Shown here: positions 12,937 to 25,932 of the stretch, piece by piece
Layout: the number at the start of each line of letters is the position of its first letter
Position numbering within the stretch: the first letter of the stretch is position 1
DNA from: Octopus sinensis
Lineage: Eukaryota
Direction of reading: 5' to 3'
Length of the DNA: 64,000 nt
Assembly: GCF_006345805.1 (NCBI RefSeq)
Contig: NC_043006.1
Location: 12,152,001-12,216,000 of the forward strand
Made by a program: the position numbers and the translations under genes
Notes under the pieces: model-generated
What the model saw: only the letters and a program-made list of their open reading frames with translations
The model's database searches: none
What the model was told of the DNA's origin: nothing

Positions 12937-12970
12937 ATGTATATATACATATATGTATATATATATGTAT

Positions 12971-13002
<32 letters not shown>

Positions 13003-13159
13003 ATATATATCTGTGTGTGTATATACACATGCATATATATGTATTTATATATATATGTGTATATATATATACATGTGTGTGTATATATATATGTATATAT
13101 ACATATATGTATATATATGTATTTATATATATATATACATACATATATATGTATGCATA

Positions 13160-13190
<31 letters not shown>

Positions 13191-13260
13191 GAGTATATAT
13201 ATGTGTGTATATATGCATATATATCTATCTATCTATATATACATATATATAAATGCATAC
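12885..13260. repeat. Compound (TA)n/(TG)n low-complexity tract
   Basis: Source of the YI-repeat ORFs. Confidence 0.95.
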
Positions 13261-13485
13261 ATATCTATGCATGTTTGTACATAGAAATGTGTGTTTGAGT
13301 GTTTGCGTGTGTGTGTGTATCTGTGTATTGGCGTTCAAGCAAAAGAAAAGAACCCACCCACTGTATGTAGAATAAACAAGTGAACAGGAGTTGATTTAAA
13401 AATTCATTACACCGAGTTTCATTGGTTTGCGAAACACTTTTACAATCGTTCAGAAATGTTTTACATAAATATCTTCTCACGAAGT

Positions 13486-13536
13486 TTTGTCAGTGAACAG
13501 GTCGCGGTATCAAAGCGACGAAAGTGTTTTGACAAA
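13486..13536 (+). ncRNA. Degenerate hammerhead-like motif
   Basis: TTTGTCA-gtgaaca-g-GTCGC ggtatcaaa GCGAC-GAAA-gtgt-tt-TGACAAA. Stems I (7 bp) and II (5 bp) are intact, but the core is mutated at C3 and G8. Confidence 0.45.
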
Positions 13537-15103
13537 TTAAATTTAAATGTTGAAGGGAATCTAACGGTTTTTGTGTGTTTCTTAAATTGCTTATAAACAC
13601 CTTCCACGCTGCAATTGTTTTCGTTCCAGCACACGATCTCAGATCATGTCACTAGCTACGCAAGTACATCTCCGTAATTATATTTCTGTTTCACTATTAG
13701 TGACCTACTCAGTCGGAAATTATATCAGAATAGACTAGTCTTTCTGCTGGTATTAAGTATTAAGTTAGACATGACCTTGCTCAATTTTGTCCAACACTGG
13801 TGATACACACGCGCGAGCGCGCACACACACACACATACACATACACACACATGCACATATGGAAGTCTTTTCAGTGTATGTCAGTGTTTGTCACCCTGAT
13901 GGTTTGTGATGGCGAGTAGCAGTTAATGGATCCAATAGGAGTCAATACAAGTACATGTATCGATTCATTATGATGTGAATAATGTATAAATGGTTTCACG
14001 TAAGTTATGCTGTATGATGTATTGAATAATTACACCTATTATTAACTTCTAATATTCGTTTTAGTTCATTAGGGTTCTGCATGTCAAGGACAGTAGTCGG
14101 TGCGTCAACATTGCCAAGGGCAGCAGTCGATGCGAAAGCGGCGGGAACATTCTGAACAGTTATATAGCAAAACTGATACACTTCGACGACACACACACGC
14201 ACACACAGACACAGACACATACACTGACATACACACACACACACACACACTGACACACACACGCACGCACGTATACACATAACGAAAAACTCTGACACAA
14301 ACTGCTCTTGGCAAAATGAAAATTGACACAATTTCCTTCTGCTCAGCATATGCAGCTTAGGAAATAGATGGGAAATATGCTTAAGAATGACAAAGCACAA
14401 TGCACAGTAAATTTGTATTTGGACAAAGCCATTGAATTGTTCCAGAAAATACATCGTTTTTGCTCAGCAAGTCTGCAAGTCAGCTATTATCATGTTTGTT
14501 AATCTAGTTGGCTATGAAATATGGAAGGTTATTCATTGAAATGTACAGCCGTTAAAAGTAGTTTTAGATCTTCAACTATACATGCATAAGATACATTATG
14601 TTTCTGTGACGACCATTAATGAAAGAACAACGCAGCTACCCACATATTGGCGTCCAGTCCATTGACACAACGCGTAACATTCCTGCAGATGATAGAACGT
14701 TGAACCTCAAGGAATTGTAAGCAACTGAATATTGTAATATGTTTGAATTGCATATGAAAGAAGACAACGTGGTATAGTTCATCTGAGACGTTCGGCTTAT
14801 TGACATAAAATAAGAAGATGCTGAAAGCTCTGCTGTTTATCGTTTCTGCTGGAGTCTTCGAACATAAAGAATTATTGCTAATAATAATTCTAATGTATTT
14901 GTTTGGTGTTATTCTTCGAACTATTCCCACCAAACTCTTCCAGTGTTCTATATTTGTAGTAATCACCGGTCAGCTTGGAGTCTATGTTAGCAGAGACGAG
15001 AGAAGACAAGTAAGAATGTAGTTTAATATATTGCAATAAATATATTGCAAAAAATGCAAAACAGAAAGAACTGCCGACCAGAGTAATACATATTTTCTCC
15101 TGC

Positions 15104-15160
<57 letters not shown>

Positions 15161-15163
<3 letters not shown>

Positions 15164-15438
15164 AGGATATTGGAATATTGCATATATACGATTATGCCTG
15201 CAAAGCGGATTTACGAATTCAATACCCATACATGTCTTGCATCTATTTTCTTTCCTCCACCTCACTCTCTGTTTTGTAAAATATCTAAACTAACTATGAC
15301 TTAATTTTTCCTCTCACACCGTCTCTGATGAAAGGATATTATTAATTAATATCCTAGAAACAGCTGTAATACCTTCTATCTATAAATGGTCTAATATCTA
15401 TACAGCCTTAGTTTTTTTATCTCATTGCGCAAAAAATT

Positions 15439-15440
<2 letters not shown>
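15161..15440 (+). mobile_element. Short hammerhead-bearing repeat, local family P4
   Basis: Between (TA)n tracts. 15321-15372 reads gtct-CTGATGA-A-AGGATATTA ttaat TAATATCCT-A-GAAACAGCTGTA|atac with a palindromic stem III. The 3' end is homologous to the hairpin at 46567. Confidence 0.72.
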
Positions 15441-15503
<63 letters not shown>

Positions 15504-15506
<3 letters not shown>

Positions 15507-15703
15507 TAATCCAAACAAGAAAACAAAAAGACAACAACGAAATTATGTGGAACAAATAAAGTATTATGGACGCTCAGGAAAGAAGGGAAGAAGGAGGGTT
15601 TGACGTTTCGAGCGGAGCTCTTCGTCGGAAACATAGGAGAAAGAAAGATCCCGAGACGGAGAACAGAGGAAAAAAAATTGCAGGTAGTATTCACGAGGTC
15701 ACA
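15504..15703 (-). mobile_element. Hammerhead-bearing repeat, family P1
   Basis: Minus strand 15598-15632 reads gttt-CCGACGA-A-GAGC tcc GCTC-GAAACGTC|aaac; abuts (TA)n. Confidence 0.85.
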
Positions 15704-15749
<46 letters not shown>

Positions 15750-15756
15750 TATATAT

Positions 15757-15921
15757 AAAGGGAAAGTTTACGAAAAAAACAAAAGACGAAGACAGGTGGT
15801 GTACAAACAAGCAGATGTATTAGTATAGCGTTCAGGAATAGAACAAGTCTTTTACGTTTCGAGCTTACGCTCTTCTACAGAAAGATACACAGAAAAAAAC
15901 AAGGAGAGAAACAAGGGGAGT
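15757..15921 (-). mobile_element. Hammerhead-bearing repeat, family P2
   Basis: Minus strand 15849-15884 reads cttt-CTGTAGA-A-GAGC gtaa GCTC-GAAACGTA|aaag; homologous to 21970-22165. Confidence 0.82.
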
Positions 15922-15960
15922 TATATATATCAGGAGATATATATATTATTTTAGATATGT

Positions 15961-16105
15961 GAGGATGCATAGCCTAGTGGTTCGAGAGAACGTGGTTTCA
16001 GTTCCGAATGGATGATTCGTTGTGTTCTTGAGCAAAACACTTCATCTCTCGTTGTTCTGTGTTCACTTCGGCACTTGATGCATGGTACACCGTGTACCTG
16101 TTCAA
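15961..16105 (+). mobile_element. Diverged family D-related SINE 5' fragment
   Basis: TAGCCTAGTGGTT...CGTTGTGTTCTTGAGCAAAACACTTCAT, shared with the 49176 copy. Confidence 0.6.
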
Positions 16106-16956
16106 GCAACGTCGATTTCATGTAGGGAGCTATTGTACAGCACATAATTTTGATCACTATAAACAAATTATTTGTGCAGGTCATCTGGCAGAAGCTGAAC
16201 AGTCATACGTCTATGCTATTCCTTTCTGGGTTCATTTCTGTGTAAATTTCTTCCATGTAAACCTTATGCTATTTTCAAATTTACGCAACAATAAACGGGT
16301 TATTCTATATAATATCAAAGGTACATCTATTAAAAAATATTGGTAAAATTATCCAATCCAACAGCAAAGAATCAACTTAAAATCATGCAACTAAGAGTTC
16401 TTTATTAGTGAATTCATTGAATTCATCTTCATAGAATTATATAATGATTTTAATAAGACGCATTTGAAATTAACTTAATTATAATTTTTCTTCCATATTT
16501 TTTTGCCAGGAACCAAAGTCGCAAGTAAAAGGCAAGATATTGATATTAGCTTAATTGATCATATTGATTATACATTTAAAAAGTCCCTTTACGCGTTTAT
16601 AAATCACAAAAGTAGGAAGGAGGACATCGAAGCAATTAAGGTTTGAACCCCTAACGTCAACAGGGAAGCTAACCATTGAAATATATTCAAACTGTTCAGA
16701 ATGTGGAAAAAATTTACTATAGAGGGAAAGTAGAGAAATCTGACGTTTTGAGCAGACCACTTCTTCTGTGAAGGATAACTCGTTTAATAGAATTGCTGAA
16801 TAGTGAATGTGAGAATAGTGAGAGTGAAAGAAAATTATTATAAGAGGAGCAGCAAAAAGGAATGGTCAGAGGGAGAGGAGCAAATTAAAGGAACACCAAC
16901 AAATTTGGAAATTATTGAGTGAAGAAGGAAATGTTAAGGAAACGCTATCAACACAT

Positions 16957-17372
16957 AGGCGCAGGAGTGGCTGTGTGGTAAGTAGCTTGCTAACCAACCA
17001 CATGGTTCCGGGTTCAGTCTCACTGCGTGGCATCTTGGGCAAGTGTCTTCTGCTATAGCCCCGGGCCGACCAATGCCTTGTGAGTGGATTTGGTAGACGG
17101 AAACTGTACGAAGTCTGTCGTATATATGTATAAATATATATATGTGTGTTTGTGTGTCTGTGTTTGTTCATTTAGCATTGCTTGACAACCAATGCTAGTG
17201 TGTTTACGTCCCCGTCACTAGCGGTTCGGCAAAAAGAGACCGATAGAATAAGTACTGGGCTTACAAAGAATAAGTCCCCGTGTCGATTTGCTCGATAAAA
17301 GGCGGTGCTCCAGCATGGCCGCAGTCAAATGACTGAAACAAGTAAAAGAATAAAAGAAAAAAAGAATAGAAT
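16957..17372 (+). mobile_element. tRNA-derived SINE family B, full length
   Basis: GGAGTGGCTGTGTGGTAAG..GGGTTCAGTCTC head, CTTGGGCAAGTG domain, internal (TA/TG)n and (GTAAAAGA)-type tail. Possible TSD AACACAT at 16950-16956 / 17373-17379. Confidence 0.9.
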
Positions 17373-17558
17373 AACACATCTCTATGTTCTTGTGTGCAAA
17401 AGGGTCTGTGTAGACGTAAGCACAAACTTAGCTTTAAAAGGTGAAATATATAAACGATTCAGCCGATTCGAGTATATTTCCGGTAGGTATTACGTACACA
17501 CGTATGAATACAGAAAAACACATACACAGACACATGAACTCATATACAAGAGACTATA

Positions 17559-18825
17559 AGGCGGCGAGCTGGCAGAGTGGTTAGCACGCCGGGCGAAATG
17601 CGTAGCAGTATTTCGTCTGCCGTTACGTTCTGAGTTCAAATTCCGCCGAGGTCGACTTTGCCTTTCATACTTTCGGGGTCGATAAATTAAGTACCAGTTA
17701 CGTACTGAGGTCCATGTAATCGACTTAATCCATTTGCCTGTCCTTGTTTGTGCTCTCTGTGTTTAGCCCCTTGTGGGTAGTAAAGGAAGAGGTATTTCGT
17801 CTGTCGTTCAAATTCCGCCGAGGTCGACTTTGCCTTTCATACTTTCGGGGTCGATAAATTAAGTACCAGTTACGTACTGAGGTCCATGTAATCGACTTAA
17901 TCCATTTGCCTGTCCTTGTTTGTCCTCTCTGTGTTTAGCCCCTTGTGGGTAGTAAAGGAATAGGTATTTCGTCTGTCGTTCAAATTCCGCCGAGGTCGAC
18001 TTTGCCTTTCATACTTTCGGGGTCGATAAATTAAGTACCAGTTACGTACTGAGGTCCATGTAATCGACTTAATCCATTTGCCTGTCCTTGTTTGTCCTCT
18101 CTGTGTTTAGCCCCTTGTGGGTAGTAAAGGAATAGGTATTTCGTCTGTCGTTCAATTCCGCCGAGGTCGACTTTGCCTTTCATCCTTTCGGGGTCGATAA
18201 ATTAAGTACCAGTTACGTACTGAGGTCCATGTAATCGACTTAATCCATTTGCCTGTCCTTGTTTGTCCTCTCTGTGTTTAGCCCCTTGTGGGTAGTAAAG
18301 GAATAGGTATTTCGTCTGTCGTTCAAATTCCGCCGAGGTCGACTTTGCCTTTCATCCTTTCGGGGTCGATAAATTAAGTACCAGTTACGTACTGAGGTCC
18401 ATGTAATCGACTTAATCCATTTGCCTGTCCTTGTTTGTCCTCTCTGTGTTTAGCCCCTTGTGGGTAGTAAAGGAATAGGTATTTCGTCTGTCGTTCAAAT
18501 TCCGCCGAGGTCGACTTTGCCTTTCATCCTTTCGGGGTCGATAAATTAAGTACCAGTTACGTACTGAGGTCCATGTAATCGACTTAATCCATTTGCCTGT
18601 CCTTGTTTGTCCTCTCTGTGTTTAGCCCCTTGTGAGTAGTAAAGGAATAGGCATTTCGTCTGTCGTTCAAATTCCGCCGAGGTCGACTTTGCCTTTCATC
18701 CTCTCGGTGTCGATAAATAAAGTAGCAGTTTAGCACTGGGGTCGATGTAATCAACTTAATCCCTTTGTCTGTCCTTGTTTGTCCCCTCTATGTTTAGCCC
18801 CTTGTGGGCAATAAAGAAATATATA
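17559..18825 (+). mobile_element. Family A SINE head followed by 7 tandem body units (~172-bp period)
   Basis: Head TGGCAGAGTGGTTAGC. Later units start at 17791, 17963, 18135, 18306, 18478 and 18650. Confidence 0.95.
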
Positions 18826-19350
18826 TATCAGGGACTAAGTTTTCATTCCTTGTTTACTCACAGATTTGCAATCTTTATCCTGGTGAGACAGGACAGGAAG
18901 AGAACCTCTATACAGCGAAGCAGTGGAGCCTCAGTTATGAAGAAATAAATGAGTTTTACTCTGTTTTATGATTACATACTTTTGTGCTTTCGAGTACCTG
19001 TTCAGATACAAGAACTCCCAAGGGAAGAACTCGTTCGGTAAACTAGTGCTAAATTCCCACGTATATTGAGACTCTCCTATATATAAAAATGTATGAGAAT
19101 TACTTAATACATTTTTTTGAAGTGTACAGGTAATTTAACAAAAATATTATTTTAAAAATCATGCTATGAAATCTATTTTGAGGTTGTTACTAACCTTTTT
19201 TGGGGAAAGAAGATTTTTTCTGGTGTGTGAGCGATTTCGTCTAACCTTTTCAAACACACGTGTCCTTATATATATATACATGCATGCATATATACATATG
19301 CCTGTGTATACGTGTTATACATGTGCGTGTGTGTCTGTGTGTGTGATTTA

Positions 19351-19395
<45 letters not shown>

Positions 19396-20078
19396 TGTAT
19401 ATATGTGTATATATGTGTATATTTGTGTGTGGTGTGTGCGTATGTATATGTATAACAGGATAAAGCATAAGCAGGCAAACAGCTGGTATGAGGTCAGATT
19501 AATGCGTTTATATATTTAAACATGAATACAACACGAGGGTAGGACTGAATGTAACAGGAGTATAGATTACAAGAAGCCGATGAAATATCAGTTGAAGAAT
19601 ATACACAATGCGAACCTTATAATTGCGCTCTGTTCCATCATCGCAGGATGTGTAGTAAGAGCTACATATACAAATAGGAGCGTTATAGCAGAGTGACAAA
19701 GAATATAAGATGATAATGAGGGGAAGATAGATCGAAACCAACAAATATGACAAGGGGTAAATGTGTAATGTTTATGAGTTACAGAATCATATGCAGAAAC
19801 AAATGGATAGGAAGGAGAATGCTAAGTCCGATGGTGTGGAGGAGGATATGTATGGAATAGCATCAGTGTATGTGGAGGGTAAATTAGAATCGTCAGTTCG
19901 CTAGACGAGCCAGCTGGTGGAGGGCATTATGTAAAGATGGGTGGGCGCTAGATTTGCAAGTAAGCAATAAAATACTACTAGGTTCTAGATGAGTGGTATC
20001 GTGGCTAATGCGATGTACGTGGGGGGGAATGAGTTATGCTAGTGGAGGAGGGGAGAAAGAAGAGGAATAAGAGGTAAT

Positions 20079-20502
20079 ACTCTTTAATCTCTTTTACTCT
20101 TTTACTTGTTAAATGTGGCCAGGCTAGAGCACCGCCTTTAGTCGAGCAAATCGACCCCAGGACTTATTCTTTGTAAGCCTAGTACTTATTCTATCGGATC
20201 TCTTTTGCCGAACTGCTAGGTTACGGAGATGTAAACACACTAGCATTGGTTGTCAAGCCGTGGTCAAGCGATATCAAGCGGGGGGACAAGCACAGACACA
20301 CAAACATATACGCACACATACATGCATACATATATATATACGTACATACGACGGGCTTCTTTCAGTTTCCGTCTACCAAATCCACTCACAAGGCTTTGGT
20401 CAACCCAAGGCTATAGTAGAAGACACTTGCCCAAGGTGACACGCAGTGGAACTGAATCCGGAATCATGTGGTTGGTAAGCAAGCTACTTACCTCACAGTC
20501 AC
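20079..20502 (-). mobile_element. SINE family B
   Basis: Reverse complement of the 16957 copy (CTTTTACTCTTTTACTTG ... GGTAAGCAAGCTACTTAC). Confidence 0.9.
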
Positions 20503-21291
20503 TATCGTTAAAAATCAGCTGACTATGGTGGTTCAAGTTCATAAGCATTATGAGGGCAGTGAGAGCGCCTCTGGTGTAGGCATTAGCTGATAGTTACTTG
20601 AAAGACGACTTTATTTATTAACTATTAGGAATTACTATTCAAAATCGAAAGTTCATTGAAAATATGAATATATTTACATATTGGTTTAATAACAGCATAG
20701 ATATCAACAGAAAGATCTTAAAATGTGTACATTAGCTGAAAATATTTATAAGTGGTTGCTAGAATATAGTAAGTAGATACTAGAAAATAATAATTAGTTA
20801 AATCGTTGTTTCATTATATAAGTATCATAATGAAACTCTAACTAGTTGTTTGTCTGTTTGTACCTTTATACATGTACCTCATTAATTGGAAAACTGCCTA
20901 TAGCCAATCTTCGTTAGACAGCTGTAACATTCCTGGTTTTTTAGCTGAAGTTCACACATGAGTTTAGGCAAGGAATCAACCTGAGCACTAATTGAATATG
21001 CCTTATTATCTTATGTCGTCACACGTTGTAATATTACGTGAATTATATTCACACCCACACACAGACATACAGATACAGACACACACACACACGCACGATA
21101 GATCGCTAGCCACTACACACATTTTCTCCCCTTGTTTCTTTCTGCGTTCCTTTCTGTGGAAGAGAGTAGGCTCGAAACCTTAAAGACTTTTCAATTCCCA
21201 ATCGTTATACTAATACATCTGTTTCTACACCACCTGCCTTCGTCTTTTGTTTGTTTGTGAATTCTCTCTCTCTCCCTCTCTCTCTCTCTCT

Positions 21292-21344
<53 letters not shown>

Positions 21345-21378
21345 ATATAACATGCATGTATAATTATATATATATATG

Positions 21379-21543
<165 letters not shown>

Positions 21544-21860
21544 ATGTATACATGTACAATATATGCATATACCAACTTATAGTCAATCGTCACTTCCGGT
21601 CAGTAAGCTGCTAAAACGATGACTAGCACAATAGGCTTCTTCCGCGGGAAACGCCCCTTTTTTTTTCTTCATTCTACTTTCACTTTTCATTATCACACTC
21701 TCTGTTTCCATTAGCCAAAGGTAAAAATCTCTGAAACGTTATAACCGTTAACTTTTCCATTCTTTTGGCTGTCAATATAATATAAATTGAATTTCAGTTT
21801 ATCCCGTATTTTTCTTGCTTTACTCTTTTGTTCTGTTCTTGACCACATGCACATATACAA

Positions 21861-22165
<305 letters not shown>

Positions 22166-23631
22166 ATGTATATATATACATACACACACACATACACACG
22201 CATGCACACGCATACATATATAAGAGCGCCTGTGCATCATCTTGTATTAAGTTTATTTAGCTGAAAAAACTATTTCCTTCGAATTGTCTTAATCAATAAA
22301 TTTTTTCTTTAATTCAGAAATATTAAAAAAGTTTCATATATATATACATATACATATATATGTGTGTGTATATGCATGTATGTGTGTGTGCGTGCGTGTG
22401 TTTGTGTGCACCTTACGATCATTTCTACTAATTAAGTGTTTTGTGTTGCAGGACAATAAATAATGCACTTGAGCAAAGAAAAAAACAATAAAACATTAGA
22501 ATAATAATTTTTACCTCAACAATAACTTCACTTTTTTCACCATTTTGTTCTTCGTTAAATCCCTTCCCTTTATACATGGTTGGTGTTAATCCAATGGTCA
22601 TTTTATTTATTCAGTTAGTCTGCATTATCATGCCACATAATTCGAACGTGCTTGAAGGATATTGTAAAAATAACGACGTTTGCTGGTTTGCAATAATACA
22701 AAATTTCAAATTTATTTGTAATCTCCTCTAGCCGATACGTGTGCCTCCCCAGAGTTCTCAGCTCTTTATCGAGATTCTTAGGAAACATATGTATATAAAC
22801 ACACATATGTATTATATCCGGGTTTTCCGTCAATAGGCGTAAAAATCTACTAGTCGACTGCATCGTTCTCTATTGTTATTTTGTTTGTTGTTTGTTTAAT
22901 TGACGGTTATATTATTTGAATTCACACGTACACACACTTTAAAGCAGAAACACACATATACACATACACAAACACAACGCTTTAATAAGGCAGGTGAAAA
23001 AACTCAGAAATCAATTTAAGCATTAAATTAAAACCATTGAACAGAAACTGCTACGAGGAAGGAAAAAGAACAAACGCGTAATGCAATTTGGCTAACGATG
23101 TTTTCGTTAATCTCTTAATCTGATATTGTTTTGTACGAAATGATCATATTCCAGTCTAACAACATAAATAGATTTATGATAAACTGCCTCATCTATATCC
23201 CTGCTAGTACAATTTTTTTTTTTTTATTCTCGATAATCTCGTAATTAAGTTGTTTAGTTTTGGGTAGGTTGCGTTACAATTTCCGTGAGATAATCTGTTA
23301 AAAACTCATATCATTGTATGAGTGGTTAGCTATTTCATGATTAATCAGAGGTTAATTAATTTTAATGGTTTAAGTAAGAAGATCATTATCCAAAACATTG
23401 ACATACAATTTGTTACCTATCAAGCACCCAAAATAGATACATGTCTGTGTGTTGTGTGTATGTGTGTGTATGTTATGTGTGTAAGTGTGTGTGTGGGCAT
23501 GAGTTGCTCTGCCACATTGAGGTATGTTTAACACACACACTCACACACACATATATATATATGTATGTATGTATGCATGCACATAATATGTATGTGTGAA
23601 TGTATATCTACCTACCTACATACCTACCTAC

Positions 23632-23709
<78 letters not shown>

Positions 23710-24147
23710 CCCCCCCTTTTTTTCTTTTCCTTTTTTTTCCTATTTTCTTTTTTTTTGTTCTTTTTTCCCTTTTACGATCCTTTGTGATCGAAAACCTACG
23801 CCATCTTTTTTTTTTCTCCCCCAAAAGAAAAGCTCTACTTTGTAACTTTTCCCATCTGTGTGCAGCCCTGTGTGGCCAATAAAGAAACTTATCTATCTAT
23901 CTATATTTATTTATTTATTTCCTGATGCTGTTCCTTTTCCAATTTCTCGCCTTTTCTTTTCTTTCCTTTTCCGATGAAGGCCTAACGTCCAAAATACCAT
24001 TTGTTCCTTACCTTCCTTTCCAACTATATACGAATAACATCCTTCCTGCTGAAACATTTCGCTTTACGTTGTGTCTTTTTTGCATAGATAGATAGATAAG
24101 TAGATAGATAGATAGATACATACATACACATATGTTTGTATATATAT

Positions 24148-24178
<31 letters not shown>

Positions 24179-24179
<1 letters not shown>

Positions 24180-24374
24180 GTTAATCCAAACAAGAAAACA
24201 CAAGAACAAAAAAACACATCAACGCGAGGACGTGGAACAAATAAAGTATTATTGGACGCTCAGGAAAGAAGGGAAGAAGGCGGGCTTAACGTTTCGAGCG
24301 GAGCTCTTCGTCGGAAACATAGGAGAAGGAAATATCCCGAGAAGGGAAGACAGAGGAAAAAAATCGCCAGTGGT
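24179..24374 (-). mobile_element. Hammerhead-bearing repeat, family P1
   Basis: Minus strand 24284-24318 reads gttt-CCGACGA-A-GAGC tcc GCTC-GAAACGTT|aagc. Confidence 0.85.
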
Positions 24375-24687
24375 ATATCACCTTGATCACCGTGACTGTC
24401 CAGGCTATCAGATGTTGCTAGACATCGTTGGTGACAATGCACTTCGCATTGTTTTAGCCTTGAAATGACGTCACCCCGCTGGCTAAGCGAGCAGGCCAAC
24501 AGAAGAAAGAGTGAGAGAAAGTTGTGGCGAAAGAGTACAGCGGGGATCGCCACCCACCCCACTGACGGAGCCTCATGGAGCTTTAGGTGTTTTCGCTCAA
24601 TAAACACTCACAACGCTCGGTCTGGGAATCGAAACCGTGATCCTACAACCGCGAGTCCGCTGCCGTAACCACTGGGCCATTGCGCCT

Positions 24688-24691
<4 letters not shown>
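24375..24691 (-). mobile_element. tRNA-derived SINE family C, 3' variant 2
   Basis: Head GGAGGCGCAATGGCCCAGTGGTT..GGTTTCGATTCCC on the minus strand. The 3' module differs from those of 42983 and 58760. Confidence 0.88.
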
Positions 24692-24742
<51 letters not shown>

Positions 24743-25170
24743 CATAAAAGGACGGATCAAAACAGTTTGATTCAATTTCGTTGGTACTCTTGAGTTTCAA
24801 TTGTGATGTTAATCGTCAGCCATTTTAAATTTGAATGACAAATGTTTATTATTACAGTAAGGTGAGCAGCGATTGTTCGAAGAAGGTTAGGCAGTGTCGT
24901 GGTTTGTGTTGCTTTATGGGTAATAATTAGTTGGAAAATACCGCATGATGAACAGGAAATTGACCGCGTGGAGTAGAGGAAAAAACCATGTGGCGGATAA
25001 AATATCGATCGGGTTGCACGGAGGGGGGAGCAGGGATGGGCGGCATGTGCAAGTATATATTTCTATATGCAAGTATATAGTTCTATATGTGCAGATTCAC
25101 TCAATTGGTTTTGCGTGCATGAGTGTATGGATACGAGCGAGCACGCATGTATATTGGCTGCATGTATATA

Positions 25171-25402
25171 AGGCAGTGAGCTGGCAGAAACGATAGCACC
25201 CCGGGCGAAATGCGCAGCCGTATTTCGTCTGCCGTTTTGTCCTGAGTTCAAATTCCGCCGAGGCCGACTTTGCCTTTCATCCTTTCGGGGTCGATTAAAT
25301 AAGTACCAGTTACCCACTGGGGTCGATGTAATCGACTTAATCCGTTTGTCTGTCCTTGTTTGTCCCCTCTGTGTTTAGCCTCTTGTGGGTAGTAAAGAAA
25401 TT
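25171..25402 (+). mobile_element. SINE family A monomer
   Basis: Full head and body. TSD ATGTATATTGGCTGCA lies at 25147-25162 and 25403-25418, with 8 further partly matching bases. Confidence 0.92.
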
Positions 25403-25674
25403 ATGTATATTGGCTGCACATACGTACTTGGACGAATAGACACGTACATACACACTCGGACAAACACGCACGCGTGCATACACACACGCATACACGCGCA
25501 TACGCACACATGCACACACATACACGTATAGACATAACGCATGCGTATTCCTTATTATATACATATGCATGTATACTCACATGTATGTACGCATGCATAC
25601 CAGCGTGCACGCACACGCGCATGCGTATGCGCGTGTGCTTTCGCACGCGTGAGTATACACGCACAAAAACAACA

Positions 25675-25750
25675 GTTGGGGATTGGTAAACGTTGGGAAT
25701 TGGTAAGCCTCGGTAATTGGTATGCGTTGGGGGTTGGTAAACGTTGGGGA
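25675..25750. repeat. 17-bp G-rich minisatellite (GTTGGGGATTGGTAAAC)x4.5
   Basis: Units at 25675, 25692, 25709, 25726 and partial 25743; (TTGG)n follows near 25781-25806. Confidence 0.85.
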
Positions 25751-25932
25751 TTCTTAACTGGCGATCCTCCTCGTGGAGTTAGTTGGTTGGTTGGTTGGTT
25801 GGTTGGTAGCGGTGACGTAGTGTAGCAGCTTGTGGAGCAGAGTAGCAGCTCGTGCTAATATGGTATATTCGGGTTGTGGGCAGTCAGAGGTGTGATATTT
25901 TCCAGATATTTGTTTCATTTCTTGATCCATAT

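Noticed and set aside
14283-15021. ORFs 14616-14966 (-) and 14818-15021 (+) as host exons or transposase
   Set aside because: No recognisable motif, stops in the other frames and no convincing splice-site pair.
17791-18825. CRISPR-like or tRNA gene array
   Set aside because: The units are contiguous near-identical SINE bodies with no unique spacers and no cloverleaf.
19508-20070. Purine-rich stretch as a GPCR exon or old CR1/L2 LINE end
   Set aside because: No diagnostic residues could be matched by eye; it would need a profile search.
22615-22863. 82-aa minus-strand ORF
   Set aside because: No known domain recognised, and it includes low-complexity sequence.
23965-24000. CCGATGA-A-GGCC taac GTCC-AAAAT as a hammerhead
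   Set aside because: G12 is missing and there is no stem I or cleavage triplet; at best a very decayed remnant.
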